Assembly (NCBI GenBank): GCA_964352425.1
Contig: CAYGRZ010000002.1
Location: forward strand, 18,240-82,239
Direction of reading: 5' to 3'
Length of the DNA: 64,000 nt
Source: an uncultured Planctomycetia bacterium
GTDB lineage: Bacteria > Omnitrophota > Gorgyraeia > 2-01-FULL-45-10
Shown here: positions 1-9,628 of the stretch, in pieces
How the letters are laid out: each line of letters begins with the position of its first letter
Numbering within the stretch: position 1 is the stretch's first letter
The notes under the pieces: model-generated
Told to the model about the DNA's origin: nothing
Seen by the model: only the letters and a program-made list of their open reading frames with translations
The model's database searches: none
Program-made: the position numbers and the translations under genes

Positions 1-157
1 CCGAAAAACATTAAAGATAAAACCCTGCGTTCATTAACCCAGGGGATAGAATTTTTGGAATACTACTCAATGCGTTGGGAGTCAATAAGCCGCATACTTT
101 AGTTCAGGTATTCATAAGAGGCGGTAAGAGCAGCTGGGTGCCCTAGATTTTGAGGTA

Positions 158-198
158 TATTTACATAACTATTTGTAATACAATGAGTTATGTAAATT
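158..198. repeat. Near-perfect ~41-bp AT-rich palindrome (ATTTACATAACT-N15-AGTTATGTAAAT, with an inner TTGTAaTACAA core) in a non-coding leader region
   Basis: Inverted repeat read directly from the sequence. Lies in a 660-bp AT-rich non-coding stretch. Confidence 0.5.
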
Positions 199-258
199 AG
201 CACTTAAGATTTCGGACGCGGTTCGAATTGGTACGTACCGTGTCCGCCAGTATATTTC

Positions 259-297
259 AAGGCATTTCCGTTTCACGACGGAAGTGCCTTTTTTCTT
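259..297 (+). terminator. Rho-independent terminator ending a gene that lies upstream of the window
   Basis: 12-bp stem AAGGCATTTCCG/CGGAAGTGCCTT with one G-U pair, 8-nt loop, followed by TTTTCTTTG. Confidence 0.55.
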
Positions 298-464
298 TGA
301 TTTAATCTATATTCTCCGTCGGTGGTTATCCGCAGTAGTCAAACAGCTATCAACAGTCCTCATCAGTCCTTGCCTGCTCATAACATCCGACTTTGGTTGT
401 AAAATAGTTGTCAAACCTTACGGGACGTTTTTAGAACTATACCCGGATCTGTCCCGTTTTCCGT

Positions 465-494
465 CCCAGAACTGTCCCCGGGGGCAGTTCTGGG
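465..494. repeat. GC-rich perfect hairpin CCCAGAACTG-tccccggggg-CAGTTCTGGG
   Basis: Inverted repeat seen directly. No T-run follows, so its function is unknown. Confidence 0.4.
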
Positions 495-700
495 ATAAGA
501 AATAAAACAGCTCTGAGATGGATTCTGAAAACATCCCTACATTGTACCCAGGGCAGATGGCCTGCCTTCCGAAACCCGTCCGACAGGCCGGGCAAAAGTC
601 CTTGAAAAGAACAGGGCGGGGGCGTATAATGAGAACGCTTAATTAGTATTATCTGGTTATAGATATGATCATAGGCCAAAGAATATCGAAGGAGGCCCGT

Positions 701-1087
701 ATGCAAACACTCACGGTCGTTATCACAAAGATCGCTGAAGGCGTGTTCAGCGTATCGCCGAAAGGGTCGATCGACTCGGATACGTATGAGATACTGCAGA
801 AGAAGATGGAGCCCATGATGCGTCCCACGCCCAAGATGATCATATTCGACATGAAAGAGGTCGAATATATCAGCAGTATGGGCCTGAAGGCGATCCTCGA
901 CGCCAGGAACAAGGTTGAATCGAGCGGCGGGGCGCTTCTCCTGGTGAATCTCCAGCCGCAGATAACGAAAGTCTTCGACATCATAAAGGCCATCCCCAGT
1001 AAGAACATCTTCAAGAGCCGCGAAGAGCTCGACCGGTACCTGACCGAGATACAGCGGCAGGAGATAGAGAAGAGAAAGTCCGCCTGA
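701..1087 (+). CDS. STAS-domain anti-sigma factor antagonist (SpoIIAA-like)
   Basis: 128-aa product with a STAS-like pattern (MGLKAILDARNKVESSGGALLLVNL). GGAGG RBS 6 nt upstream of the ATG at 701. The ORF-track start at 665 is probably an upstream in-frame extension. Confidence 0.65.
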   Translation: MQTLTVVITKIAEGVFSVSPKGSIDSDTYEILQKKMEPMMRPTPKMIIFDMKEVEYISSMGLKAILDARNKVESSGGALLLVNLQPQITKVFDIIKAIPSKNIFKSREELDRYLTEIQRQEIEKRKSA

Positions 1088-2037
1088 TGAAGCGTTTTTT
1101 CACGATCGCAGCGGTCGTCATAGCCATCCTCGCCGTACATTCGCTCTCGCCCGTCATCTGGCTCTACCTCAAACAATGCCCGCCTCAGCCGACCAATGAG
1201 CAGGCCGTGGCAAAGCTCAAGGCAAATACGGGCGACCATTTCGCGTTCATCGCGTTCGGCGACAACCATGCCGGCTTTATTTTCGACGACAGCGCGGCCG
1301 TCAAGATGATACGGCTCATGAACAGGGAAGATCGGTTCAAGAAGCTGCCGATAGATTTTGTGGCGAACCTCGGGGATGTCACGTTCTCGAAAGGCCGCGA
1401 GTGGGACTACCGCGTCTACGACAAATTGCGCTCGATGATACGATGGCCGGTCGTGAGCGCCATGGGTAACCACGACTACCAGAAAGGCGGCTGGCGTATG
1501 TTTAAGAGCCGTCTCGGGAGCTGTCAATTCGCCTTCGCGAACCGCAACTCGTATTTCATCGTCCTGGACCTCAAGATAACCGACCCGACCGAGGAACAGT
1601 TCGCGTGGGTGGAGGGCGAGCTGAAAAGATCGGCCGGCTATACGCACAGGTTCATCTTTATGCACAAGCCTCCGATATCGCTGTACCAGCGGTCGTGGTT
1701 CAGGCCGGAGCTCAGCCCGTGGTCGTATCGCCTCATGAAACTCTGCGAAAAATACAGCGTCGACATGGTGATGGCCGGCCACGAGCACATGTTCAAGGAG
1801 CGTCTCTTCGGCGGCGTGCGCTACATCATCTCGGGCGGCGGCGGCATGCTGCCGCAGATACCGGAGTCCGATGGCGGCTTCCTGCATTATGTGATGGTCA
1901 GGGTGTACGGCGATTACGTCGATTACGAGGTGCGCAGGGTCTTCCCGCCGCTCTGGGAATTCCTGACGTATTATATGTGGAAAGAGGCATTTTACGGCCT
2001 CAAGCACGTCTTCTTTAAAGACGGCATCTTACTGTGA
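1087..2037 (+). CDS. Membrane-anchored metallophosphoesterase (calcineurin-like phosphoesterase)
   Basis: Motifs GDNHAG, GNHDY and GHEHMF are typical of the metallophosphatase fold. N-terminal TM helix. Start overlaps the previous stop (ATGA). Confidence 0.75.
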   Translation: MKRFFTIAAVVIAILAVHSLSPVIWLYLKQCPPQPTNEQAVAKLKANTGDHFAFIAFGDNHAGFIFDDSAAVKMIRLMNREDRFKKLPIDFVANLGDVTFSKGREWDYRVYDKLRSMIRWPVVSAMGNHDYQKGGWRMFKSRLGSCQFAFANRNSYFIVLDLKITDPTEEQFAWVEGELKRSAGYTHRFIFMHKPPISLYQRSWFRPELSPWSYRLMKLCEKYSVDMVMAGHEHMFKERLFGGVRYIISGGGGMLPQIPESDGGFLHYVMVRVYGDYVDYEVRRVFPPLWEFLTYYMWKEAFYGLKHVFFKDGILL

Positions 2038-2046
2038 CAGGGGACG

Positions 2047-3141
2047 ATGAAAATACTCAGGGATTACATATTAAAAGAGTTCTTCCATTCGTTCTCGCTC
2101 TCGATAATCGTCTTCACGTTCGTCCTCTTAGTCGGTAACATCATACGGCTTGCCGACCTCGTCATCAATAAGGGCGTCGATATAGTCTCCGTCTTCAAAC
2201 TCTTTTTCTATCTCGTGCCGTGGCTGCTGAGTTTCACGCTGCCGATCGCGGGGCTTACCGCGGTCATCCTGACCTTCGGCAGGTTCTCGAGCGACGGGGA
2301 GCTCGTCGCGATGAAGGCGAGCGGGATCTCGCTCTACCGGGTCGCGTCGCCGATCCTGATGATCGGTGTGATCCTGAGTTTCGTCGCGTTCCTGCTGAAC
2401 GACCAGATATCGTCGAACGCTTCATTCGCCTCGCGCCAGGTGATCAAGGAGATAGGGATAAAGAGCCCGGCGGCGTATCTCGAGGAAGGCACCTTCATAC
2501 GGGGGTTTGAGAACTATGTCATCTTCATCTACGAGATACGAGGCAACAAGCTGAAGAACATAAGGATATACCAGCCGCAGGAGGGTAAGGCGACCCGCAC
2601 GATCGTGGCGGAGCAGGGCGAGATAAATTCCATTCCCTCAAAAAACATCATAGAGCTGAAGCTCTTCAACGGGACGAGCGAGGAGCCGTCCCCGACCGAC
2701 CCGGAGAGTTTCTACAAGTTGAATTTCAAGACGTACTTCATGTCGCTCGACCTGACGAAGGTCTTCAAGAAGGAGAAGATCCAGAAGAAGACCAGAGAGA
2801 TGACCGTAAGCGAGCTGCATGAGCAGATAGCCGACTATGCCGCGCAGAAGATAGACACGACGCCGCTGTATGTGGAGATCTACAAGAAGATAAACATGTC
2901 GGCCTCCGGGATCGTCCTCGTCCTGCTCGGGATACCGCTGGGCATACGGGCGCACAGGAGCGAGAAGTCGATAGGGTTCGGGATAAGCTTGCTCCTTTTT
3001 GCCGTCTACTGGGGGGCGTTTTTGGGAGGAGTGGCGCTCGCGCTGAAGGGCGCCGTGCCGCCCGCTATAGGTGTTTCCCTGCCGAATGTCGCGTTTTTCA
3101 TGTTGGGAACAGTGCTGTTCATACATACCGCAAGGAGGTAG
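2047..3141 (+). CDS. LptF/LptG family LPS export permease (YjgP/YjgQ)
   Basis: 364 aa. N-terminus MKILRDYILKEFF plus multiple TM segments and a periplasmic beta-jellyroll region typical of LptF/G. Confidence 0.75.
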   Translation: MKILRDYILKEFFHSFSLSIIVFTFVLLVGNIIRLADLVINKGVDIVSVFKLFFYLVPWLLSFTLPIAGLTAVILTFGRFSSDGELVAMKASGISLYRVASPILMIGVILSFVAFLLNDQISSNASFASRQVIKEIGIKSPAAYLEEGTFIRGFENYVIFIYEIRGNKLKNIRIYQPQEGKATRTIVAEQGEINSIPSKNIIELKLFNGTSEEPSPTDPESFYKLNFKTYFMSLDLTKVFKKEKIQKKTREMTVSELHEQIADYAAQKIDTTPLYVEIYKKINMSASGIVLVLLGIPLGIRAHRSEKSIGFGISLLLFAVYWGAFLGGVALALKGAVPPAIGVSLPNVAFFMLGTVLFIHTARR

Positions 3142-3290
3142 CAAATATGGGACAGAAAAGCCAGTACCAGATCGAGAATAAACAGAGGCAAAAGAGGAAA
3201 AAGGCGAGGCAGAAACTCACCAAGAAGGGCGAGAACCTGTCTGAATTTTATTACGGGAAGTTCTACATAAAGCAGGGCTAGGCGGGCGGC

Positions 3291-4232
3291 ATGTACGACA
3301 TAGCGATACTGGGCGGCGGGCCCGCGGGCCTGACCGCGGGGCTCTACGGGAGCCGCGCGAGGATGAAGACCGTGCTGATCGAGCGCGCGGCGTGCGGCGG
3401 CCAGATCCTCATCACCGATACGATAGAGAATTTCCCGGGTTTTCCGGAAGGGATCAAAGGGCCCGACCTTGCTGACTGGATGGCCAAACAGGCCGCTCAC
3501 TTCGGCCTGGAGGTCACGCTCGCCGAGGCCAAGTCGGTGGCTTTGGGTGAGGACGGGGGAGGGCCTTTTTCGGTCGAGCTTTCCGACGGCGCGAAGGTGC
3601 GGGCGCTCGCGCTCATACTGTCGACGGGAGCGAGATGGAACGAGCTGGGGATCCCCGGCGAAAAGGAGCTCGCGGGCAGGGGCGTGTCTTATTGCGCCAC
3701 CTGCGACGGCCCGCTCTTCAGGAATAAAGAGGTCGTGGTGGTCGGCGGCGGCGATACCGCGCTCGAGGACGCGCTCTTCCTGGCGAAGTTCGCCGGCAAG
3801 GTGACGGTGGTCCACCGCCGCGAACGCTTACGGGCGACGAAGATACTGCAGGAGCGCGCGCTCGCGAATAAGAAGGTGGAGTTCTGCCTGAATTCGGTCG
3901 CGGTGAGGATAACCGGCGGCGCGAAGTGTGAGGCACTCGAAGTGAAGGATGTCACTACCGGCAGCACGAAAGCCATGAGGGCGGATGGCGTGTTTGTCCT
4001 GATAGGGATGGCGCCAAACTCAGGTTTAGTAAAGGGCATCGTGAAGCTTGATGAGAAGGGCTACGTGCTGTGCGATGACGATATGAAGACCTCGGTAGGC
4101 GGGATATTCGCCTGCGGGGATGTCCGTAAGAAGCTCCTGCGGCAGGTCGTGACCGCCGCAGGCGACGGAGCGACCGCGGCCTTCAGCGCCCAGCATTACG
4201 TCGAGCGCCTGAAAGGCGTCGAGTACAAATAG
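3291..4232 (+). CDS. trxB: Thioredoxin-disulfide reductase
   Basis: GGGPAG FAD motif, CATC redox-active dithiol, second GGGDTA NADPH motif. 313 aa. Confidence 0.9.
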   Translation: MYDIAILGGGPAGLTAGLYGSRARMKTVLIERAACGGQILITDTIENFPGFPEGIKGPDLADWMAKQAAHFGLEVTLAEAKSVALGEDGGGPFSVELSDGAKVRALALILSTGARWNELGIPGEKELAGRGVSYCATCDGPLFRNKEVVVVGGGDTALEDALFLAKFAGKVTVVHRRERLRATKILQERALANKKVEFCLNSVAVRITGGAKCEALEVKDVTTGSTKAMRADGVFVLIGMAPNSGLVKGIVKLDEKGYVLCDDDMKTSVGGIFACGDVRKKLLRQVVTAAGDGATAAFSAQHYVERLKGVEYK

Positions 4233-4339
4233 TATTGACTACGCATAGGGTTCGTGTTAATTTAATCGTGCATATTTTTCCGATTGATGTGCCGAGATCC
4301 TTCGCTTCGCTCAGGATCGGCCGATAAGAAGACCATGAT

Positions 4340-4414
4340 GCCGAGGTAGCTCACTGGTAGAGCGCTGCCCTGAAAAGGCAGGCGTTGCGTGTTCGATTCA
4401 CGCCCTCGGCACCA
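4340..4414 (+). tRNA. tRNA-Phe (anticodon GAA) with encoded CCA
   Basis: Cloverleaf read manually: acceptor GCCGAGG/CCTCGGC, D-arm GCTC/GAGC, anticodon stem CTGCC/GGCAG with loop CTGAAAA, T-arm GCGTG-TTCGATT-CACGC, discriminator A then CCA. Confidence 0.85.
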
Positions 4415-4481
4415 TTCTTCGGATTCACTGCGGCCACCTATCACACTGGTTGGTAGGCCTTGTGAATCCTCAGAATTCCAA

Positions 4482-4507
4482 GGGGGAAAACGGGGTTTTC
4501 CCCCTTT
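4482..4507 (+). terminator. Hairpin GGGGGAAAAC-ggg-GTTTTCCCCC followed by TTTGG, a possible terminator after the tRNA
   Basis: Perfect 10-bp stem seen directly, with a short T-run. Confidence 0.45.
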
Positions 4508-4592
4508 GGCGTTCGCTCACCAGTAATCATTCCAGGTTCGCTCACTGAACCCCCTTTCCTTAAAGGAGTCTCAATCAATCTCGGGCCTACTT

Positions 4593-4631
4593 TATACAAG
4601 AGAAGGAAAAATATTTTCCTTCTCTTGTATA
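4593..4631. terminator. 39-bp perfect palindrome (18-bp arms), candidate bidirectional terminator
   Basis: TATACAAGAGAAGGAAAA-ata-TTTTCCTTCTCTTGTATA, AT-rich on both sides. Confidence 0.45.
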
Positions 4632-4729
4632 TCTTATCCTTTTAAAAAGGAAATAATAGCCTCAATTACATTGACCACATTATAGGCGAGTGGTATTATA
4701 ATTCTACAGTCGAAAAAGAGGAGGCGCTT

Positions 4730-5158
4730 ATGACGAAGAAGGTAATTTTGTTGATTTTAGTTTTATTCACCGCCGCTTTCGTCGCGCAGCTTGCCTTCGC
4801 GCAGCCGGCTAATCAGGACAGCACCAGCGAGCGCATTGCCGCGGAGAGGAGGGCCCAGGATCTGCTCGAGAGGGGTATCGCCCCGCACGATCGCATCAGG
4901 GCGACGACAACCGAGGAGCGCAAGTACGATAAGAGCGTGGACGGCTGGCTGCAGCCATCGGAGGCAAAAAAGATGTTGGAGGACAGGGCCTCGCCAAAAT
5001 TCGGTACGTATAAGACAAAAGCCGATAAGGAGCCGAAAGAAAAGTATGATCCCTACGGCACCGACGAGGCCGATGAGGGATCCGCGACAAAATACGACCG
5101 ATACGGAAACGAGGTAACCGGCGCTGACGAGCCGCCGGCGCCCGATGAGAGCTTATAG
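4730..5158 (+). CDS. Hypothetical secreted protein with charged KYD-x-YG repeats
   Basis: Signal peptide MTKKVILLILVLFTAAFVAQLAFA. Candidate TTGACC-17-TATTAT promoter and AGGAGG RBS upstream. No recognisable domain. Confidence 0.5.
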   Translation: MTKKVILLILVLFTAAFVAQLAFAQPANQDSTSERIAAERRAQDLLERGIAPHDRIRATTTEERKYDKSVDGWLQPSEAKKMLEDRASPKFGTYKTKADKEPKEKYDPYGTDEADEGSATKYDRYGNEVTGADEPPAPDESL

Positions 5159-5717
5159 CAAGAAGAGAGCGATGCGAAACATAAGGAACGTCTTCAGGGG
5201 CAGGCTGCTTAAGGTGATGGTGAAGCAGCAGCGCCTGCCCAGCGGCTATCTCGCCATCTTCGAGATGATCGAGCACCCCGGCGCCAGCCTTGTGGTGCCA
5301 TTCCTGGGCAGGGACAGGATAATAATGCTGAGGCAACTCAGGCCGGTCATCGGGTCCCACATATATGAACTTCCTGCCGGCACGCTCGATAGGAATGAGA
5401 CGCCGCTGGCATGCGCCCGACGGGAGATCGTAGAAGAGACGGGGTACTCCGCCAGGCGTTTTACTCTTTTGGGAAAGATATATCCGGTCCCCGGCTACTC
5501 GACGGAGAGGATATACCTATATAAAGCCACAGGATTGAAGAAAGTAATACACGATTGTAGGGCACGCTTAAGTGTGCCCTACCAGCGCCATGGAGAAGAG
5601 GATGAGGTCATAGAATCTTTCGTTGTCACAAAGTCTGCAATAAGAAAGCTCTTCAGGAGCGGAAAGATCACCGACGCAAAGACCATAGCCGCCCTCGCCT
5701 TCTGCGGATGGCTCTGA
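5145..5717 (+). CDS. NUDIX hydrolase (ADP-ribose pyrophosphatase-like) carrying an in-frame palindromic insertion
   Basis: NUDIX box GTLDRNETPLACARREIVEETGY. Start uncertain (Met codons at 5145 and 5172). Residues IHDCRARLSVPYQRH are encoded by a REP-like palindrome. Confidence 0.7.
   Translation: MRAYSKKRAMRNIRNVFRGRLLKVMVKQQRLPSGYLAIFEMIEHPGASLVVPFLGRDRIIMLRQLRPVIGSHIYELPAGTLDRNETPLACARREIVEETGYSARRFTLLGKIYPVPGYSTERIYLYKATGLKKVIHDCRARLSVPYQRHGEEDEVIESFVVTKSAIRKLFRSGKITDAKTIAALAFCGWL
5554..5582. repeat. REP-like palindromic element copy (ATTGTAGGGCACG-CTTAAG-TGTGCCCTAC) inside the NUDIX CDS
   Basis: Matches the perfect palindrome at 36655-36686 at 28 of 29 aligned positions. Confidence 0.6.
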
Positions 5718-5739
5718 CCAGATCGGAAAGATCAAGACC

Positions 5740-6930
5740 ATGGAAAATAAGACGATACGATTGAGGAGCGGCCGCCAGGGCAGGTATCAAAGCGGCCACC
5801 CGTGGATATACAGGAGCCAGCTCTTAAAGGCGGATCTTTCGATAAAGCCGGGCAGCGTCGTCACCGTGCAGGCATCGGACGGCGCGTTTATCGGCAAAGG
5901 CTATTTCAACCCGCGGTCGGAGATAGCCGCGCGGATCCTCACCTTTCAGGACGAGCCGGTAGATGCCGCGTTCTTTGACGCGAGAATACGCTCGGCATTC
6001 GGGAAGCGGGAGCATCTGGCAGCGAAGACGAACGCCTGCCGTGAGGTCTTCAGCGAGGCCGACGGCCTTCCCGGGCTCATCATCGACATGTATGCCGATA
6101 CCGCCGTTATGCAGATCATGACGCTCGGCATGGATATGTTCAGGGACGAGATCCTGCAAGCCATCCGGGCGATAGTGAAACCAAAATATATATACGAGAA
6201 GAGCGACTCGCCGTTCCGGAAACCGGAAGGCCTGAAGATGAGAGAGGAGTGGCATGGCCAGCCCGGGCCCTCGACGATAGAGATATCCGAAGGAAAAGCG
6301 CGGTTTATCGTCGATATCGGGCGCGGCCACAAGACGGGCTTCTATCTCGACCAGAGGCCTTCGCGGATGGCGATGCATACGGTCTCGAAGGGTAGGCTCG
6401 TGCTCGACCTCTTCTGTTACACGGGCGCGTTCGCGGTCCATGCCGCGCTCTCGGGCGCGCGCGATGTGCTCGCGGTCGATATCAAGGAAGACTGGCTCGA
6501 ACTCGGCCGTCGGAACGCCGATCTGAACGGCGTTGCCGGCAGGGTCACGTTCGCAAAAGGCGATTCGCTCGTCTTCCTCAGGCATATACAGCGCTCCGGC
6601 AGGACTTTTGATATGATAATAATCGACCCGCCGTCGTTCATAAAGGCGAAGGATTCACTTGCCGCGGCGTCGAAGGGGTACAAGGACCTGAACCGGACGG
6701 CGATGAGATGCCTGAATCAATCAGGCGTTCTGGCGACGTTCTCGTGCTCCCATTACATGCCGAACGACATATTCTCGCGCCTGCTGAAAGAGGCGGCCTC
6801 CGAGGCGGGTAAGTCGATCTCGATAGTGAAACGGTGCCATCAGGCGGAAGACCACCCTATCGTACAAGGCATCCCCGAGACCGAGTACCTGAAGGGGTAT
6901 TTTCTTAACGTAGAGAGCGTGGTAAAATAA
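5740..6930 (+). CDS. rlmI: Class I SAM-dependent 23S rRNA (m5C1962) methyltransferase, RlmI family (PUA plus methyltransferase domains)
   Basis: N-terminal GHPWIY motif, DLFCYTGAF SAM-binding motif, 396 aa. Confidence 0.75.
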   Translation: MENKTIRLRSGRQGRYQSGHPWIYRSQLLKADLSIKPGSVVTVQASDGAFIGKGYFNPRSEIAARILTFQDEPVDAAFFDARIRSAFGKREHLAAKTNACREVFSEADGLPGLIIDMYADTAVMQIMTLGMDMFRDEILQAIRAIVKPKYIYEKSDSPFRKPEGLKMREEWHGQPGPSTIEISEGKARFIVDIGRGHKTGFYLDQRPSRMAMHTVSKGRLVLDLFCYTGAFAVHAALSGARDVLAVDIKEDWLELGRRNADLNGVAGRVTFAKGDSLVFLRHIQRSGRTFDMIIIDPPSFIKAKDSLAAASKGYKDLNRTAMRCLNQSGVLATFSCSHYMPNDIFSRLLKEAASEAGKSISIVKRCHQAEDHPIVQGIPETEYLKGYFLNVESVVK

Positions 6931-6933
6931 ACT

Positions 6934-7782
6934 ATGTGCGCCAAAGTAAGCCAGGTAGTATCGCGGCTCGTTCCTGACGGGCCCGTAAAGGAAGCCTGTA
7001 CGAGTTTCTACTATAGCCTCTACTATAACCGCAGGCATTTCAGGGAGAACGGGTTCCGCGTCAACTACAAAAAAGGCCATTTCACGTACGGCTTCGACGA
7101 CGGCGTCTCGTTCTCCTCCTATGAAAACATGGCCGATGAGCTCAAGCGTTCGCTGAAAGGGTATCTCGCGAAGTATGCGCTGAGGAAGGGCGATACGGTG
7201 GTTGATTGCGGTGCGTATATCGGCGAGTTCGCGCTGTGCGCGGCGAGCGCCGTCGGGCCTTCGGGCGCGGTGATAGCGTTCGAGCCGGACCCGGCGATAT
7301 TCGGGAAGCTGAAGGCGAATGTGATGCTGAACGGGTTCGAAAATGTCGTGATGGTCAATAAGGGCGCGTGGAGCGCCGACGGCGTGCTGCAGTTCGTCGG
7401 GGATAACGTGCGGGGCTATTCCTTCATGTTCGCGGATAAGGGTCACGGCGCCATCGATATTCCCGTCGCAAGCCTCGACAACGAACTCGGGCGGCTCGGC
7501 GTGAAGAAGGTGAATTTTATCAAGATAGACGTCGAGGGCGCGGAGCTGGAGCTTATCAGGGGCGCGGAGAAGACCTTAAAGGGAAATGATGTGAAGGCGG
7601 CGATCGCCTCGTATCACGTCGTCGATGGTAAGAAGACCTGCGCCGAGGTGGAGAGGATGTTCAGGTCTCTCGGGTATAACGCTGCGACCGCGCATCCGCA
7701 GCACCTGACGACGTATGCATGGAAGGATTCGGCGAGATGTGGTAGACGTGATGTAACGGAAAATAATCGGGGGGTGTTATGA
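6934..7782 (+). CDS. FkbM family methyltransferase
   Basis: [11 protein letters not shown] motif and overall FkbM-like layout. 282 aa. Confidence 0.65.
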   Translation: MCAKVSQVVSRLVPDGPVKEACTSFYYSLYYNRRHFRENGFRVNYKKGHFTYGFDDGVSFSSYENMADELKRSLKGYLAKYALRKGDTVVDCGAYIGEFALCAASAVGPSGAVIAFEPDPAIFGKLKANVMLNGFENVVMVNKGAWSADGVLQFVGDNVRGYSFMFADKGHGAIDIPVASLDNELGRLGVKKVNFIKIDVEGAELELIRGAEKTLKGNDVKAAIASYHVVDGKKTCAEVERMFRSLGYNAATAHPQHLTTYAWKDSARCGRRDVTENNRGVL

Positions 7783-7933
7783 GAATATTCGGGATCGGTA
7801 TACAGGAGCTTCTGGTCGTCCTGCTTATCTGCCTTCTCGTCTTCGGCGCCGCGAAGCTGCCGGAGATAGGGCGCGCACTGGGCAAGACCATAAGCGAGTT
7901 CAAGAAGTCCCTTAAAGAAGAAGAAAAACCGTA
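7779..7933 (+). CDS. tatA: Twin-arginine translocase subunit TatA/E
   Basis: 51-aa [54 protein letters not shown] (TM helix plus amphipathic helix, FGxxKLP motif). Absent from the ORF track because it is under 60 aa. Confidence 0.8.
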
Positions 7934-7943
7934 AGCGTTTCCG

Positions 7944-8684
7944 ATGGATGAACGGCGACTGACCGTTATCGGGCATCTCGAAGAACTGAGAAAGATGGTC
8001 ATCGTATCGCTGGTCGCGCTGGCCCTCGCTGCGATAGCGTGCGCGCCGTTTGTCTCCGCCATCCTGAAGCTCTTGAAGCTCCCCGCCGCAGGCCTGATCG
8101 AAAAACTCGTCTACTTCAGCCCCGAGGAATCGTTCCTCATCTACATGAAGGTAAGCATCCTGGCGGGGCTCTGCCTGGCGTTTCCCGTTATCGCGTACCA
8201 GTTCTGGAAATTCATCGCCCCTGCCCTCGACGCGCCCTTCACGAAGTTCGCGGCCGCGTTCACCGCCGCCGCAACGCTGGCGTTTGCCGGCGGCTGCCTC
8301 TTCGCCTACCGCGTGCTGCTGCCCACGGCGCTGCGGTTCCTCCTCACGATCGGTAAGGGCGACCTCGAGCCTGTCATATCCGCCACGAAATATATCTCTT
8401 TTGTCGTCGGTTTCATGGCCGCCTGCGGCGCGGTCTTTGAGATGCCGGTCGTGTGCTACTTCCTGGCACGGGTCGGCCTGCTGGACGCGCGCGCGATGCG
8501 GTCAAAGTTCAAATATGCGTTCGTGGTCATCTGTATTGCCGCCGCGGTCATTACCCCGACGGGGGATGCGTTTAACATGGCGATGCTCGCCCTGCCGATG
8601 CTCGCGCTCTACGAGGTCAGCATATGGGTGGTCTTCGTCAGCCGGAAGAGGAAGGCCCGCGATGCTGCAGAAATTGTTCGGTAG
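7944..8684 (+). CDS. tatC: Twin-arginine translocase subunit TatC
   Basis: 246 aa, six TM segments, TatC-typical N-terminus (LTVIGHLEELRKMVIVSL). Confidence 0.85.
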   Translation: MDERRLTVIGHLEELRKMVIVSLVALALAAIACAPFVSAILKLLKLPAAGLIEKLVYFSPEESFLIYMKVSILAGLCLAFPVIAYQFWKFIAPALDAPFTKFAAAFTAAATLAFAGGCLFAYRVLLPTALRFLLTIGKGDLEPVISATKYISFVVGFMAACGAVFEMPVVCYFLARVGLLDARAMRSKFKYAFVVICIAAAVITPTGDAFNMAMLALPMLALYEVSIWVVFVSRKRKARDAAEIVR

Positions 8685-9624
8685 GACGCTATCGAGGCGC
8701 CAGTTCCTGAAATTGTTTTTTTCGATGCTCGCGCTGCTGCCGCTATCCGGGCTGGCCGGGCGGAAGGCGGACGCCATTGGTGCCGGATTTAACGGGAGGC
8801 CCAAGTCGGACATCCGCGGCGACTATGACCTCGTCATCGCGAAAGGCGAAGATCCGTACGCGCTCACCGTGAAGGCAGTGGAGTCGATGGGAGGCATGGA
8901 GCGGTTCGTCAAGAAAGGATCCGTCGTCCTGATCAAGCCGAACATCGGGTGGGACCGCACTCCCGAGCAGGCGGGGAACACCAACCCGCGCGTCGTCGCG
9001 GCCCTTGCCGACCTCTCGTTCAAGGCGGGCGCGAAACGCGTTAACGTATTCGACATAACCTGTAACGACGCCCGGCGCTGCCACGCCTCGAGCGGTATCG
9101 AAGCGGAGGCGAAAGCATCGGGTGCGAGCGTCTATTTTCCCGACGATTGGGATGTGGTCAAGGCCCGGTTCGGCCGCGCGAGCGCGATGGAGGACTGGCC
9201 GATCCTGCGCGATGCGATCGAGTGCGATACCTTTATCAATGTCCCGGTGCTGAAACATCACGGCCTGACGCGGCTGACGCTCTCCATGAAGAATCTGATG
9301 GGCGTCTGCGGCGGTGACAGGGGAGAGATCCATCGCGATATCGGGCCGAAACTTGTCGATCTGGCCGGTTTCATTAATCCGGATCTCACCGTCATCGATG
9401 CCTACCGCGTTCTGGTGAGGAACGGCCCTACCGGCGGCAGCCTCGCCGACGTCGAGACGCTGAAGACGATCATCGTCACCACCGACCCCACGCTTGCGGA
9501 TACCTATGCCGCAAAGCTCATGAACGTCGATCCTATGGCGGTACCGTATATAAAGGTGGCCGCCGAGCAGCATTTCGGCAGCACGGATATTGAAGCCGCG
9601 AAGACCATTACTGTAGAGGCCTAA
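8662..9624 (+). CDS. Tat-signal DUF362 domain protein (putative periplasmic redox or metal-cofactor protein)
   Basis: N-terminal twin-arginine motif SRRQFLK followed by a hydrophobic segment. DUF362-like core (VLIKPNIGWDRTP). ATG at 8662. The track ORF starting at 8284 is an out-of-frame overlap with tatC. Confidence 0.65.
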   Translation: MLQKLFGRTLSRRQFLKLFFSMLALLPLSGLAGRKADAIGAGFNGRPKSDIRGDYDLVIAKGEDPYALTVKAVESMGGMERFVKKGSVVLIKPNIGWDRTPEQAGNTNPRVVAALADLSFKAGAKRVNVFDITCNDARRCHASSGIEAEAKASGASVYFPDDWDVVKARFGRASAMEDWPILRDAIECDTFINVPVLKHHGLTRLTLSMKNLMGVCGGDRGEIHRDIGPKLVDLAGFINPDLTVIDAYRVLVRNGPTGGSLADVETLKTIIVTTDPTLADTYAAKLMNVDPMAVPYIKVAAEQHFGSTDIEAAKTITVEA

Positions 9625-9628
9625 AGCC

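Noticed and set aside
649-2007. 452-aa minus-strand ORF spanning the STAS and metallophosphoesterase genes
   Set aside because: High-GC shadow ORF. The plus-strand genes have recognisable domains and RBSs, and the minus-strand product has low-complexity Arg/Ala/Pro composition.
4340-4729. tRNA-Phe as a genomic-island integration junction
   Set aside because: tRNA-Phe is a classic integrase target, but there is no integrase, direct repeat of the tRNA 3' end, or compositional shift downstream. Only hairpins and ordinary housekeeping genes follow.
8284-9624. ORF-track plus-strand ORF starting at 8284 (446 aa) overlapping tatC
   Set aside because: The first ~125 codons are an out-of-frame read-through of tatC with Arg/Ser/Pro-rich junk. 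The real start is the ATG at 8662, which gives a canonical twin-arginine signal peptide.
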